Positions 40,184 to 53,512 of a DNA stretch of 64,000 nucleotides are shown piece by piece. The number at the start of each line of letters is the position of its first letter. Within the stretch, counting starts at the first letter, position 1. The position numbers and the translations under genes are program-made. This DNA is from Octopus vulgaris (taxonomy: Eukaryota). The stretch is from positions 134,602,001 to 134,666,000 of the forward strand of contig OX597814.1 in NCBI GenBank assembly GCA_951406725.2, given 5' to 3'. The notes under the pieces are model-generated. The model did no database searches. It was given only the letters and a program-made list of their open reading frames with translations, and was not told the DNA's origin.

Positions 40184-42291
40184 CATCATCATCATCATTT
40201 AACATCCGCTTTCCATGCTAGCATGGGTTGGACGGTTCAACTGGGGTCTGGGAAGCCAGAAGGCTGACCAGGCCCAGTCTGATCTGGCAGTGTTTCTACA
40301 GCTGGATGCCCTTCCTAACGCCAACCACTCCGTGAGTGTAGTGGGTGCTTTTTACGTGCCACCGGCACAGGTGCCAGACGAGGCTGGCAAATGGCCATGA
40401 TCGGATAGTGCTTTTTACGTACCACTGGCACGGGGACCTGACAAAGCTGGCAACGGCCTCGGTCAGATGGTGCTTTTTATGTGCTACCGGCACGGAGGCC
40501 AGTCGGGCGGCACTGGCTACGGCCACGTTCGGATGGTTCTCTTACGTGCCACCGGCACTGGTATCACAGCTACAAATTCCATTGATGTTGATAGATTACG
40601 ATTTTGATTTTCACTTGCCTCAACAGGTCTTCACAAGTGGAGTTTTGTGTCCCAAGAAGGAAAGGAATGCATAAGTGGGCTGGCTACATGCCAGGTGTAG
40701 GCCACGGGATTATGGCCTCACTTGTCCTGCCGGGTCTTCTCATGCACAGCATACTTCCATAGGTCTCGGTCTCTAGTCATTTCCTCGGTGAGACGTAAAG
40801 TTCAAAGGTCATGCTTCACCACCTCGTCCCAGGTTTTCCTGGGTCTACCTCTTCCACAGATTCCCTCAACCGCTAGGGTGTAGCACTTTTTCACACAACT
40901 ATCTTCATCCATTCTCGCCACATGACCATACCAACGCAAACGTCTCTCTTGCACACCACAACTGATGCTTCTTAGGTCCAACTTTTCTCTCAAAGTACTT
41001 ACACTCTGTCGAGTATGAACACTGACATTACACATCCATCGGAGCATACTGGATTCATTTATTGCAAGCTTCTGCATATCCTCAGCAGTCACGGCCCATG
41101 TTTCACTGCCATGTAGCATAGCTGTTCGTACACATGCGTCATACAATCTGCCTTTTACTCTGAGCGAGAGGCCTTTTGTCACCAGCAGAGGTAAGAGCTC
41201 TCTGAACTTTGCCCAGGCCATTCTTACTCTAGCAGTTACACTTTCAGCGCACCCATCCCCGCTGCTGACTCAGTCACCTCGGTAACGGAAACTATCAACT
41301 ACTTCTAGTTTTCCCCCTGGAAAGTGACGGAAGTTGTTTTCTGCAGATTTTCAGTGTTTATTGCGCCTGAGCATCTGCCGCATACAAAAACTATTTTCCT
41401 AGTTAGCCTTCCTTTGACATTGCTGCACCTCTTATGTGTCCATAGCTTACATTTGGTGCATCTTATAGAGTTTCTACCGACGCCTTTTCTACAGATCGAG
41501 CAGGGCCATCTACCTGAGGGTGTTTGTGATTTGTCTACCTTCCTACTTATTAGAACTTTGGTTTTACCTAGGTTGACTCTAAGGCTCTTCAATTCTAATC
41601 CTTGCTTCCACACCTGAAACCTCTCCTCCAGTTCTGATAGTGACTAAGCAATTAGGGCAAGGTCATCAGCATAGAGGAGCTCCCAGGGGCAACCTGTCTT
41701 GAATTCCTCCATTATTGCTTGGAGGACTATGATAAATAGGAGGGGGCTGAAGACTGAACCTTGGTGGACCCCTACCTCTACCCGGAATTCTTCACTGTAC
41801 TCGTTGCCAACCCTCACCTTACTAACAGCGTTCCTGTACATGTCTCGTACAGCTCTCACTAACCATTCATCTATCCCTAGTTTCCTCATTGACCACCAGA
41901 TAAGGGATCGGGGGACCTTGTCAAAGGCTTTCTCCATGTCGTCGAAAGCCAGGTACAGAGGTTTATCTTTGGCTAGGTATTTCTCCTGCAGCTGTCTTAC
42001 CAGAAATATGGCATCAGTGGTGCTTTTCCCTGGCATGACTCCAAACTGCATCTCGTCCAAGTTAACTCTCTCTCTAATCAGTTGGGCTATGACCCTCTCC
42101 GTAACCTTCATTACCTGATCCAACAGCTTGATACCTCTGTAATTACTTGTATCTAGGGCGTCACCTTTACCTTTGTAGCAGTTGACTATTATGCTGCTAC
42201 ACCAGTCATTGGGAATGACTCCTTCGTGTATCACCTGGTTAACTATACGGGTGACTAGGCTATAGCCGACACTGCCAGATATTTTGAGCAT
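40184..42291 (-). mobile_element. 5'-truncated RTE-clade LINE
   Basis: ORF 41644-42372 has RT motifs (NYRGIKLL, QFG, DMEKAFDKV, GVHQGS, LLYADDL); C-terminal pieces at 41305-41613 and 40802-41221 (RRLRWYGHV, GRPRKTW); (ATG)n tail at 40184. Confidence 0.95.
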
Positions 42292-42544
42292 AATAAAATA
42301 AAAATCGGGTGAAACTCTCTGGACACACTGTATATATAATGAGCTTTCATAGAATTTGTCTGCCAGTGGCATTTTCTCAAAGTGTTATGCATTCAGGCTG
42401 AATTTAAAGTTCTTAACCCCACACAGCCATACCTGTGACTCAATGGACAAAAACATAAATAGGAAAAATAAAATTGTAGGAATTGTGTTAGTACATTTAA
42501 ATATTGCTTTGGCCTCATATACTTGCATTTTTCATTAAAATGTT

Positions 42545-42914
42545 AGGAGTGGCTGTGTGGTAAGTAGCTTACTTACGAACCACATGGTTCCAGATTCAGT
42601 CCCACTGTGTGGCACCTTGGGTAAATGTCTTCTACTATAGCCTCGGGCCAACCAAAGCCTTGTGAGTGGATCTGGTAGACGGAAATTGAAAGAAGCCTGT
42701 CGTGTATATGTATGTGTGTCTGTGTTTGTCCCCCCAACATGGCTTGACAACTGATGCTGGTGTGTTTATGTCCATGTAACATAGCAGTTTGGCAAAAGAG
42801 ACCAATAGAATAAGTACTAGGCTTACAAAGAATAAGTCCTGGGGTCGATTTGCTCAACTAAAGGTGGTGCTCCAGCATGGCCCCAGTCACATGATTGAAA
42901 CAAGTAAAAGAGTA
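42545..42914 (+). mobile_element. tRNA-derived SINE (octopus-type)
   Basis: Head TGGCTGTGTGGTAAG..GGTTCCAGATTCAGTCCC with pol III A/B-box-like motifs, CACCTTGGG core, tail GGTGCTCCAGCATGG...GAAACAAGTAAAAGAG. Confidence 0.85.
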
Positions 42915-43129
42915 TATAATAACACATAAAACTTAGAGATTTCTCAAATTGGTGCCAACTACTCTTAGCCATCACTGCAACTAGTTTCAAAAATGAACTT
43001 GAAAGTTATCTCATATTCCATCCAAAAGAACACGTGTGAGAAAAAGTATCATAGATTTATTTCATTTGCATTGTAATCAATATGGAAAAATTAAAAAAAA
43101 TATTTATAAACAAGTGTTTATCAAGGGTG

Positions 43130-46076
43130 AATCGAAGTAAAGCAGATACCCCCGACAACGATGCTATCTCTGATACCCCTTATTCTGCTTGTTCCCTAAT
43201 TCCTGCCCCTCAAACTTCACAGCTCAGCATTGTCTATACAAACTCATGCTCCTTATTTCCAAAGTTCAGCGAACTATTTACACTGGCCATGCGTGATTCC
43301 CCTGATGTGATAGCTATCACCGAGACTTGGCTGACTCCAGCAGTAAAGGACTCGGAAATCCACCTACAGGGCTACACTCTCTTCAGATGTAACAGAGAAA
43401 AAAGGTGAGGTGGAGGTGTTGCTGTGTATGTTAAATCTGATCTCAAACTGTCCAGCTGTATTCTACCCACTAATGCTCAACCTACAACAAAATTCGATGC
43501 TGTCTATTGCAAGCTGAGCCTATCCGGGTTTTGCCTGCCCGTGATAGCTGTCTACAGACAGCCTCTTGCTGACCCCCAGGACGATGCTCATTTACTCGAA
43601 GCACTAAGATTCGTTTCATCTTCTCATGAATGTTTGATATTAGGTGACTTCAATGTTCCCACGATCGACTGGCCCGCATCAATTTGTACATCATCTTCCC
43701 GGTTCGACCAGGCCCTTCTTGACGTGGCTGAAGATTGTTTTCTATCGCAACATGTTGAATCTCCGACAAGGCATCAGTCTGGGCAGCAATCATCTATGCT
43801 GGATCTGGTATTCTCCCGCTATCCAAGATAAGTGTCAGGCTTATCTGTGTGTGCCCCTCTTGCCAAGAGTGATCACGTGGTCCTGAAGTTTGACATGCAC
43901 ACAACTTTTCCTATGCCCACGACTACTTCACTGCCATGTAGAGTTTTCTCTGCAATCAATCTTGAAATTGTAACCGAGGCTTCTGGACTGGTGATCCCTG
44001 ATGATGATGTCCTCAGTTAACGAACTATGGTCGTCCCTCAAATCATATGTAATCTGGTTGACTGACCAAGCAGTTCCCGTTGGGCTTCCCAAGAAGAAAA
44101 AACAAACCCTGGGTGATGCAGAAGGTCAAACAAAAACTTCGACTCAGAGATATTGCTTGGGCTGAATTCAAAAATCAAGATTTGACTGCAGCTTTTGAGG
44201 TGTACAAAACTCAACAAGACCGAGCTGTGAAAATTGAAAAGGAAGAACGCTTCAGATATGAATATAGAATTGCGGCAAACGCCAGTCACAATCCAAAAAC
44301 CTTCTTGCCCATGTCCAACAAAATTCCCGCTTGAACAACCAAATTGCAACGTTGATAGACTCAACAGGCGTATTGATTGAGGACCCTTATCAGCAGAGTC
44401 AGTTATTTGCCGAGGCTTTTTCGACAATTTTCAAACAAGATGATGGTCGTGAACCCCCTCCATTTGATAGTTCGGTTCCTCCAATGCCTAGATTGGTCAT
44501 CACTCGTGACGAAGTCGAATGCGTTATTCAAGGCCTCGATGTCAACAAGGGTCATGGCCCTGACGGCATACACCCACAGGTTATCAAAGCATTGGCTCGG
44601 TCATCTGCGAACCTTTAACGCTTCTATTCAATGTCATTGGCGACAGATGTTGTACCTGCGGACTGGAGAAAAGCAATAATCTGCCCGATTTTTAAGAAAG
44701 GGAGCTGCGAAGACCCACTTAACTACCGACCAGTTTCCCTTACTTCAATAATCAACAAGATGTTCGAAGCCATCCTCAAAAGTATGTTGCTCCACCTCCA
44801 AAACACAGCCTCTATCTCTGATTCCCAACACGGCTTCGTGCCGAAGAGATCATGCTTGACCAACTTACTGGTAATGGAAGAATTGGTGACGCGTATCCTG
44901 GATGATGGTGATGCTGTTGACCTCATTTTATTGGACTTTGCCAAAGTTTCTGACTCGGTTAACCACCGCCTATTACTTGTCAAGCTTCAAGCATATCATT
45001 TCCATCCTGAGATTGTACAATGGGTTGGTGCCTTCCTCTCAGATCGCTCCTTCCAAGTCCAAGTTAATGGTTCGCTGTTCGACATCTCCAGTGCGAGCAG
45101 TGGCGTGCCTCAAGGTTCAGTGCTTTGGCCGTTATTGTTTTTAGTCTTCATCAGTGACTTGCCCGACGACCTCACACAACACACCCTTCTATTTGCCGAC
45201 GATGTCAAACTGGTCGCTATTCGCAGTGATATAGATGAACTTCGTCGATGCCTCCACCAAGTTTGGAGATGGTCAAACGAATGGGACCTGTGTCTGAACG
45301 TGTCAAAGTGCTGTCATCTGCCAGTTGGCTCCTCTCCTGCAACTTAACTTGATTTCGAGCCGGGTCGTCTGCTGCTGGAGAAGACAGACCGAGTAAAGGA
45401 CCTAGGTATCTTGATGGATTCTTCCTTTTCGCCTTTGGCCTAATGCGTCCATGCTGCCAACAAAGCACATGGAGTTCTGTTTTTGATTCGATGGTCATTC
45501 GGAATGCTCACGGCAGCCATATTCCTACCGCTCTATGTCACACTGGTGAGACCCATATTGGAGTACAAGATTCAAGCCACTTCTTATCTCCTCAAAGACA
45601 TACATCATCTTGAAAGAGTCCAGAAGCTGGCTACCTGCATGGTTCTTGGTCTCAAGAATTTGTCTTATGAAGAAAGGCTGAAGATGCACGACCTTTTTTC
45701 TCTTGAAAAATGACACCGCCGTGGTGATCTCATTCTCACTCACAACATCATAAGCGGAAAGTGTAACCTCTTGAAAGAGCTGTTCTTCACTCCTGCTCCA
45801 GAGCATGGGCTACAGGGTCACTCCAAAAAGCTCTATCTACAACAATTTGATCTCAATCGAAGGAGAGGGGCTTTCTCCGTCCAGGTTGCGGATCCGTGGA
45901 ATAAGCTGCCGGATGAGATAGTGAAGTTGCTGACGACCGCTCGGTTCAAAGTTTCTCTTGACCGGAAATGGCCAAACTCTTTGTATGACCATCCTCCCTG
46001 TACATAACTCCCTGTCCCCCTACATGGCCTTGCTTTTGCTTTTTGAGCCAATCAAAATTAAATTAAAATTAAAAAA
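43130..46076 (+). mobile_element. Second CR1/L2-clade LINE, ORF2 (APE + RT) pseudogene
   Basis: DVIAITETWL, ILGDFNVPTIDW, SDH, GPDGIHP, NYRPVSLTS, LDFAK, GVPQGS, LFADDVKL; A-rich (AAATT)n tail; interrupted by stops and frameshifts. Confidence 0.93.
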
Positions 46077-46564
46077 GTGTGCCACATATCTTAATAGGAA
46101 TAAAATATAAAAAATAGGTTTGTTCTCTTTATAAATTGAGGATGTGTATTTTTGTAAATTGTTTTACTAAATTATAAAGTTTGTTGATGGCAAAGCTTCA
46201 AGAAAGTTAACTACTAAAAATCATTTGTGTTTTTGGGTTTGAGAAAGCAGGGCTGACTTGGTGCTAAGCATCATCATCAAGTGTACAAAGAGACTAATGA
46301 TTGTCTGCATTGGCAAAAATCAGTTTATGAAATAAACCGTATCTCTTACTCATAAGCTATTGATTTATCTTCTTACCATCCACTTTATCAGATAGTTTGA
46401 AGTGGATTTTCTATGACTTTATTCCCTTATTGCCAAACTTCACCTGTTTCCAGATAAGTTAATATTTCCTCATGGCCTGACATGTTTTTGCAGAATATTG
46501 GAAAAGAATGTCACTGCTAGTATGACTGACATTCATTTACATCTATCACGATATATGTGCATGG

Positions 46565-46712
46565 AAAAGACACCCAGTACACTTCGTAAAATGGTTGGCA
46601 CTAGGAAGGGCATCCAGCTATAGAAACTAAGCCAAAATAGATGCCTGGAGTAGCTCTCTGGTCAAACCGTCTAACCTATGCCAGCATGGAAAGCAGACAT
46701 TAAATGATGATA
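46565..46712 (+). mobile_element. RTE 3'-end fragment
   Basis: GGTTGGCACTAGGAAGGGCATCCAGC...CCAGCATGGAAAGCAGACATTAAATGATGA matches the reverse complement of 40190-40345. Confidence 0.8.
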
Positions 46713-46724
46713 TACACACATGAA

Positions 46725-46868
46725 AGGTTTATTTTTTAATTGCCCTCTATCAAATCCACACACAGCTTTGGTTGGCCTCTAGCTGCATAGGAGACACTTG
46801 CCAAGTTGCCACACAGTTGGACAGAAAAAAACCATGTGGTTTGGAAGCCAACTTAACCACACAGCCAA
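46725..46868 (-). mobile_element. Degenerate SINE head
   Basis: Diverged reverse complement of the 42545 SINE 5' part (...TTAACCACACAGCCA). Confidence 0.65.
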
Positions 46869-47222
46869 GCCTGTAATTTAGTAAAGAGAAAAATGCTTTG
46901 TATTTCTACATAAAGCACGGCAAGAAACATTTATTTCAAGGAAGTTGAATTTTAAAGCAAGTTTTGTAATTGAAACTTTGCATTCACAAATGTTTATGAT
47001 GCCTTGCAAACAACTTGCACATGCAAGTGCTACCAGTCAAAAACTCCACATACTGGAAGCCAGCAAGGTATGGGGTCATCAGGAGAGAATGTGCACCATT
47101 TTGGGGCCTACCTCTCGAAGGCAGCAATCCGGACCAGCCCCCCTCACTGATATGAGGCCCCGCTTGCTAGATCAGCTGGTTATCAAATAAAGCTCAATAT
47201 TCGTCTAGCCATCGCTCATTGT

Positions 47223-47425
47223 CTCTTTTTAACCAAATCCAGAGGACAAACAAGGACAGACAAACGGATTAAGTCGATTATATCGACCCCAGTGCGTAAC
47301 TGGTGCTTATTTAATTGACCCCGAAAGGATGAAAGGCAAAGTTGACCTCGGCGGAATTTGAACTCAGGATGTAACGGCAGACGAAATACGGCTACGCATT
47401 TCGCCTGGTGTGCTAACGTTTCTGC
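47223..47425 (-). mobile_element. tRNA-derived SINE with Meta-domain-like core
   Basis: The minus strand reads GAGTTCAAATTCC (B box) then TTTGCCTTTCATCCTTTCGGGGTCAATTAAATAAGCACCAG. Confidence 0.8.
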
Positions 47426-47429
47426 CTTA

Positions 47430-47900
47430 CACCAATCCTCTACTACAGTTTCCTTGTGCCACAATTGTCGGAGTAGGACGAAAAGCTTCTTTTGCAGACA
47501 ATTGCAATATTTATAGACTTTATATGAGATGCCATCACCTCCTGGGGCACTCTTGCTCTAGCTTTTCTTACGAAATCATTCACCTCTCTCCCTGATGTCC
47601 CCAATCTGGAATTCGATATCAGGTCCTGAGAGATGATTTAGTGGCTGGTTATGGTGTGGATCGCTGTAGGTTTCTTTGATATGAGCGTCCAAATCTTCTT
47701 TTGTGCATGATAAAGAACCACTCTTCGGTTCAGTGAACAGCTTCTTAGTAAACCTGTACGGGTCCTTCAGAAACTGCCCCTGAGTCTTTTTACCCTCCTT
47801 TTGACGCTCATATTGGCAGATATGTCGTTGCACATAACGACATTTCCTTTTCAAATCGTTATACAGCAGCGCGAGGCCAGGTTTCTCATCCTGTGAGGTA
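47430..47900 (-). mobile_element. Fragment of an RLE-type non-LTR retrotransposon (HERO/R2-superfamily-like)
   Basis: QFLKDPYRFTKKLFTEPKSGSL...HIKETYSDP, followed in another frame by a SAPG.DGISYKVYK-like RT domain-0 motif. Confidence 0.6.
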
Positions 47901-47964
47901 TTGCGTTATATACAAATAGAAAGCATTTCTCTTAAGAAGGTAATTTATTTATGAAATAACTTTG

Positions 47965-48803
47965 TATTAGCTCATCCCATAAATAATGTGGTTTTTATAT
48001 ACTTTTTATTTTTCAAAATTAAGATTAAAGTTCTTTTTTAATCTAAAATATACTCTCCATTTTCTACGAGGCTCTTCCATCTATCTGGTAGATCTGCAAG
48101 GCCTCTCTTCCAAAATTCACTTGTCCATGATGAAAAATTGTCCTCCAGTACTGTTCTGATCTCATCTACTGAATTCATATTTTTTCTGTTCAAATTATTT
48201 TGAAGACTGTGGAATAAATAATAATTAGATGGGGCAATGTCTGGCAAATATGGTGGGTGGAGCATCATTTCCCTGAGCATTATCCTGATGGAAGAACACC
48301 TTTCGTCTTGAAACAAAAGATGGTTGTTTTTCTTCCTAGTGCTGGTGTCAATGAATGGTTGAAATGACCAAATCCAAGCTAGTTCCTCAACAGTTATGAT
48401 GAGATTTGAAAGATGTCCTCATCAGGCTCTACAGATCTTCCAGGACTAGGCTCTAGTTTCCGGCTCGGAATTTCTGGAACCACTGTTGACACTGGCTTAC
48501 ACTAATTGTCCAATCCCTATATACTGCATTAATATTCCTTGCACTTTCTGTTGCATTGTTGCCTTTATTGAACTCATAAAGCAAAATATGCCGAATATGC
48601 TCCTTTGTCACTTCCATTATAGCTTTGAAAAAATAACTGTTAAAATTTGACTGCATTCTTCGAAACTTGCACAAAGAATAAGTACAAGGTAAAATTACTA
48701 CCTGCTTTTATTACAAGTTGATGTAGGTAGTTTATCCTATTCTCCTCCGACTTTTAGTTCATGCAATTGAAAAAAGCTGCATTATTTATAGGACGACCCA
48801 ATA
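47965..48803 (-). mobile_element. Internally deleted mariner
   Basis: TA-flanked imperfect TIRs (TTAGCTCATCCCATAAATAATG / CATTATTTATAGGACGACCCAA); ORF pieces EHIRHILLYEFNKG..QWFQKFRAGN and HPPYLPDIAPSNYYLF. Confidence 0.9.
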
Positions 48804-48934
48804 TTTGACTTAACATCATTCAAGCATATAAACTACAGATGTATAAATATTAGTTATAAACATAACTTCATATTTTTCTTGGTAATGGAGTGGCAGGCAA
48901 AAATGCCTTGCAATATTAAGTCACACCCCTGGAG

Positions 48935-49150
48935 GTGATGAGCTGGCAGAATCATTAGCATGCTGGGCAAAATGCTTAGTAGCATTTCATCTATCTTTAT
49001 GGTCTGAGTTCAAATCCTGCTGAAGTTCACTTGGCCTTTCATCCTTTTGGGGCTGATAAAATAAATACCAACAAACACTGGGGTTAATGTAATCAACTTA
49101 CCCTCTCTCTGAATTTGCTGGCCTTGTGCCAACATTTGGAATCAATATTA
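48935..49150 (+). mobile_element. tRNA-derived SINE with Meta-domain-like core
   Basis: GAGCTGGCAGAATC..GAGTTCAAATCC..GGCCTTTCATCCTTTTGGGGCTGATAAAATAAATACC. Confidence 0.75.
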
Positions 49151-49384
49151 AGTCCTGACTCACTGTATTCTCAGATGAATTCCCCTCTCTTTTTTTTTTT
49201 TTTTCACAAAGTGTTAATAAAATAGAGTACTGGTTAAGTTTTGGGATGAAATTGACTATGCACCTTTCTACAAAATTTGTAACCTGCCTTTGTAAGAAAT
49301 CAATATATTTCAAAATAATTTGCTCTCCTATGAAAGGTTCTTCTGTACATTACTGCTACTATAACTATTACCTCCACTTCAATA

Positions 49385-49897
49385 TCTATATATATAAAAC
49401 TGTAGTTGTGTGAGTGTCTGTCCCCTTCGATTTAGATTCCTAACTACTCCCACATTTTGCGGTGCAGTTTAACCAAATTCGGGTATCTTATAGTCGTAAT
49501 TCATATTGAGCCCGTCTGGCTATTAGCGCGCGTCTACGATGAGTCTACGATTTTAAAAATAATTTAACATCATTTTTTATTCCATTTTAATGCATAATTT
49601 TTCGTGTGTCGATGGTGGCGGAGTTGGCGTCCATGGTCACACCTGCACATGTTTGCTTCTCCCCCTTTTTCCCTCCCTTGTGAAGCTGTGGGGAAGGGAG
49701 TGTAAGGAAATCAACGTGGTAAAGCATTGTCAAGGAGACCACCGTTCTTTTAGAACAATGACTTCATGGCTTGAAGACACCAAAACAGAAATGGCTAAGA
49801 AAGCCCGAATTGGCATCTATAAGGGAAGTAACTCTCTAAAAATGCGTATATAGTTATTTCCCTTACAAACCCGAGCAACGCCGGGCGATACTGCTAG
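49385..49897 (+). mobile_element. Non-autonomous Helitron
   Basis: A|TCTATATATATAAAA start; 3' hairpin CCCG-AGCAACGC-CGGG followed by CTAG|T; inserted between A and T with no TSD. Confidence 0.85.
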
Positions 49898-49991
49898 TTA
49901 CAAATATTTCTTTTTCCATAAAAATGTTTCTGATTTAAGCACAAAGCTAGCAACTTTTAAAGAAACAATGTGAGTTGACATTGCCTCCTAC

Positions 49992-50275
49992 TATCAGGCT
50001 GAGTAAAAAGTAACATTTTGAAACATGAAATTCATCATAATATATTTCAACAATGCAGAAATTTTATTCATCAAAGTAAGTACCATTACAATCAACACAT
50101 TTTTTCCAATGAGTTACAAGTTTGTTTTTTCCGGTAACATAAAAATCTGGAGTTCTGGAGCTGATGAACTCTTTGAACACACTTTCAGCATTGGTTTGAT
50201 TTTTGAACCCCTTTTCTTGCAGGAACCCAAGGTGCTTGAAAATGTAGTAGTCGGTAGGAGAAAGGTCTGTGGAAT
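49992..50275 (-). mobile_element. Mariner transposase 3' fragment
   Basis: Minus-strand translation gives DLSPTDYYIFKHL..FLQEK...WKKCVDCNGTYFDE. Confidence 0.7.
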
Positions 50276-50799
50276 AAAAAAAATCTGCAAAGTGTGTTGC
50301 AGACTCTCTTCATTTTTTTCAGAAAAACCCTTACAGTAAACTGAAAATACAGTGGAATTTGATTTAACCTCTCCTTTATGCTTGAGACTGGCTGCAGGTT
50401 TTATAAGGCGTGCTGAGTATTTTTATTCAAGAATTATATTTTTAAGGTGCTTCATATCTCTCATGAGAGCTGATATCTTGGGCCATACTGTTTTTATCGT
50501 ATGTAATAATTTGAACATTCTTTTCTTAATACTGCATGGTTGGGGAGATTCATGATATAAGTAATTCAGTAACAGTTGGTTTCCAATACACTAATGTTCT
50601 GACATTTACATCTGTCCTGTGCAAAGAATGGTGTCTGGTTGTTGCTTTCTTTCTCCAGGATAAACTGAATTGATAAATGTAGTGATTTCATATGGTCTAA
50701 CAAATGTCCTCTTAATGGTATCAAGACATCTCATCCATGTGAGTTTCCGTGTTGTACATTCTTCATAATTTGAAGTATTTCATGGAGCTATTAGCCACT

Positions 50800-51400
50800 C
50801 CTGATGACAATTGTGAACCTATAAACATCCTTCCAACCTGCTAGATTTTATTTTTGTTCTGAAGTACAATGTTAGCATCTTTAAAATGTTTATCAGTTGA
50901 TACATTTGTGGATCCACAGAGACTAGTCTGATACTGACAACTGACAATGCCTCATCTGTTGGAACCATTGTAAAGAGACTCACAACATCAAAGCTGATCA
51001 TTTGACAGAACATGATTAGTATACTTTGTTCTATGAAGTGTACTGAATTTTCCACAAAAAAATGTTCAGCCACAAGGAATTTTATCAAGGATGTTAATCA
51101 GGAAATGACTCAGATGATGACTTCTGAGTCGACAAGTGACAACTCATAAATATGTAATCTTTAAGGAAGTTGTATATATTTTATAGCTTACTATGATATT
51201 TCATAAGTTGTGTGTAATGATAGTTAGCAAGACTGTTCTTGTTGACTACTGCTATCTTCTGTAGGACTGACAATTTGTATTGTGTCAATGTAATTTGGCT
51301 TTCTGTAACATTTTTATTACATACATAAGAATCTTCAATTATCAATATATTCTAATCTTTCCTTGGCCACTGTATGATTATTGTCTACAAGTAGAATTAT
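50800..51400 (-). mobile_element. Penelope-like RT remnant
   Basis: ORF 50819-51088 contains VENSVHF...MISFDVVSLFTMVPTDEAL, the PLE RT motif. Confidence 0.7.
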
Positions 51401-51969
51401 ATTACTTGCTTATATCATGTTTATTATGACATTTTCTAAACATATATCCACTTAGGAAACTAGGTGGCCTTCATCAATACATTTCAAGTTCTCCATCTTC
51501 ATTCTTCTTTTTTTTTTTTTTGGCAATTTTGTTACTTTGATTAGCTTTTTAATTAAGTTACAAGGTCTAAGAAAGAAATCTGCTTGGTGGTAGGAGCAAG
51601 CTATAGCCCTTTGTTCAGCATTGATTTTCTTAACTTTCTTTCACAAAGAAAATAACTAGCATCATCATCATCAAGGCACACACATGCATGGAGACACACG
51701 TTGCCAAATGACAATGACTTTATTGTGGATCATGACCTCACAGACATGCCAGGAAGCATTCTGGTGGATTTCAGCACACACACAAAGATTATAGCTCTGG
51801 TTCTTGAAATGAGGAGGGAACAATGCTCTTGTGGTTCTGTGAGGCAAAGAACTTATGGATCTGCAACACTAACCACACATACACACACATGTGTGTTTAA
51901 TTATTTTTTTATAAAGCCAAAACAATACAAGTTATAAAAAATACAGGTTAATGATCATTACCTTTTCCT

Positions 51970-52880
51970 TGTATGTCAATATTTCAAGGTTAGGACCCCT
52001 TTTTCAGGATGTCTTTGGAGAAATGGTGTGGCGAGCTGACTTTTCTGCTTTGTTGTGTATGAAGGGTTGCTTTGCATTGTTAAAGCAGCAAATCAAATGT
52101 ATTCAGTTTGGTTCTGTTGCTAATATGCAGGCTGGTCTTGCTAATTAAGTTGGCTTCTTTTATTCTCAAGTTCCCAGTGTTTCTTTCTGTAGATTCAATG
52201 GAAACTTGGATGTCTTGAGTGTAGCATTTCTGTAGATGTTTTTTGATGGAAGACGCATGAGCATAGAGGTGTTCTTTAATCTGCATGTTTATTTGTTTGA
52301 TGATACTTCTGATGTAGAATTCATTACATTCACTACTCATGATTTTATACACCATATAAGACTGCAGACATAAACTTTCACCCATTGATTGGGCCGTTGG
52401 CCAATGTACACATGGCATTGTTTTGTCGTGGCTTGTTTTTGTTAGGAACCATCTCTGAGAAGGTTCAGGGTGTCTCAGTTAAACATTCAATCTCTTCCTC
52501 CAGATCACATGGTTTGCAGCAGTTGTTTTTGTGTTAAAATGTAACAGTTTCAGAACACACTTTATCCTTGGGTGTATAAGTTTTGATAGTCTGGTGATAT
52601 TCTGCCATTTAGTGAAAGAGAATGGATAGCCATTCTCCATCAGGACTTTTGGAATTGTATGGTGTTGGTCTTTTTGTTTCTTGTCTTGCTGCATTTACTG
52701 CAAATCCTATGAATCTCATTTCTAATGCAGGCCATTTTAGCTCTAATTGACAGGGATGAATTATAATGCACAAACAGGCACCCTGCATGCTGCTTTTCTG
52801 TAAAAGTTAGTGGGGACAGATTTATTTTCTGTGAATTCAAAATTTAGCAGAAATAAGGAACCAATGTTCAAATTTTATTT
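51970..52880 (-). mobile_element. Penelope-like element 3' part (RT C-terminus, GIY-YIG remnant, hammerhead-like end)
   Basis: VHYNSSL, LMENGYP, MVYKIMSSECNEFYI...IKEH...LRIKEA; minus-strand CTGAAAA-AGG..CCTT-GAAATATT at ~51978-52007. Confidence 0.75.
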
Positions 52881-52894
52881 TTCTATTGAATTTA

Positions 52895-53512
52895 ATGTCT
52901 GTTGTCCATGGGTTGGACGGTTTGACTGGGACAGGTAAGCTGGAAGGCTGCACCAGACTCCAGTCTGATTTGGCAGGGTTTTTTACAACTGGATGCCCTT
53001 TCTAATGCCAACCACTCTGAGAGTGTAATGGGTGCTTTTACATGCCACTGGCACCAGTGTCATTTGTGTTACACTAGTATTTGCCATGACCGTGATTTTG
53101 CTCAGCTTGATGGGTCTTCTTCTCAAGCATGATATAATACCAAAGGTCTTGGTCATTGTCTTCGTGAAGCCCAAGACTTGAAAGGAACTCAGCCACTTTG
53201 CCTCCATGAGGCCCAACACTCAAAAGGTGCTCTTTATGTGCCAGTTACATGATACCAGCATCGGCCATGACTATGATTTCACTTGGCTTGACGGGTCTTC
53301 TCAAGCACAGCATATTGCCAAAGGTCTTGGTCACTAGTCATTGCCACTGTGAGGCTCAAAGTTCGAAGATCATGCTTCACTACTTCGCCTCATATCTTCC
53401 TGGGTCTACCTCTACCACAAGTTCCCTCCACAGTTAGAAATTAGCACTTCTTTACACAGCTGTCCTCGTCCATACACATCACATGACCATACCAGCACAT
53501 CTCGCTTGCACA
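52895..53512 (-). mobile_element. Degenerate RTE 3' fragment
   Basis: Diverged copy of 40200-40950 (CATGGGTTGGACGG, GGATGCCCTT, ACATGACCATACCA). Confidence 0.85.

Noticed and set aside
42545-42620. tRNA genes at SINE heads (also ~47350-47425 and ~48940-49020)
   Set aside because: A/B-box-like motifs are present but there is no complete cloverleaf, and each continues into a SINE body.
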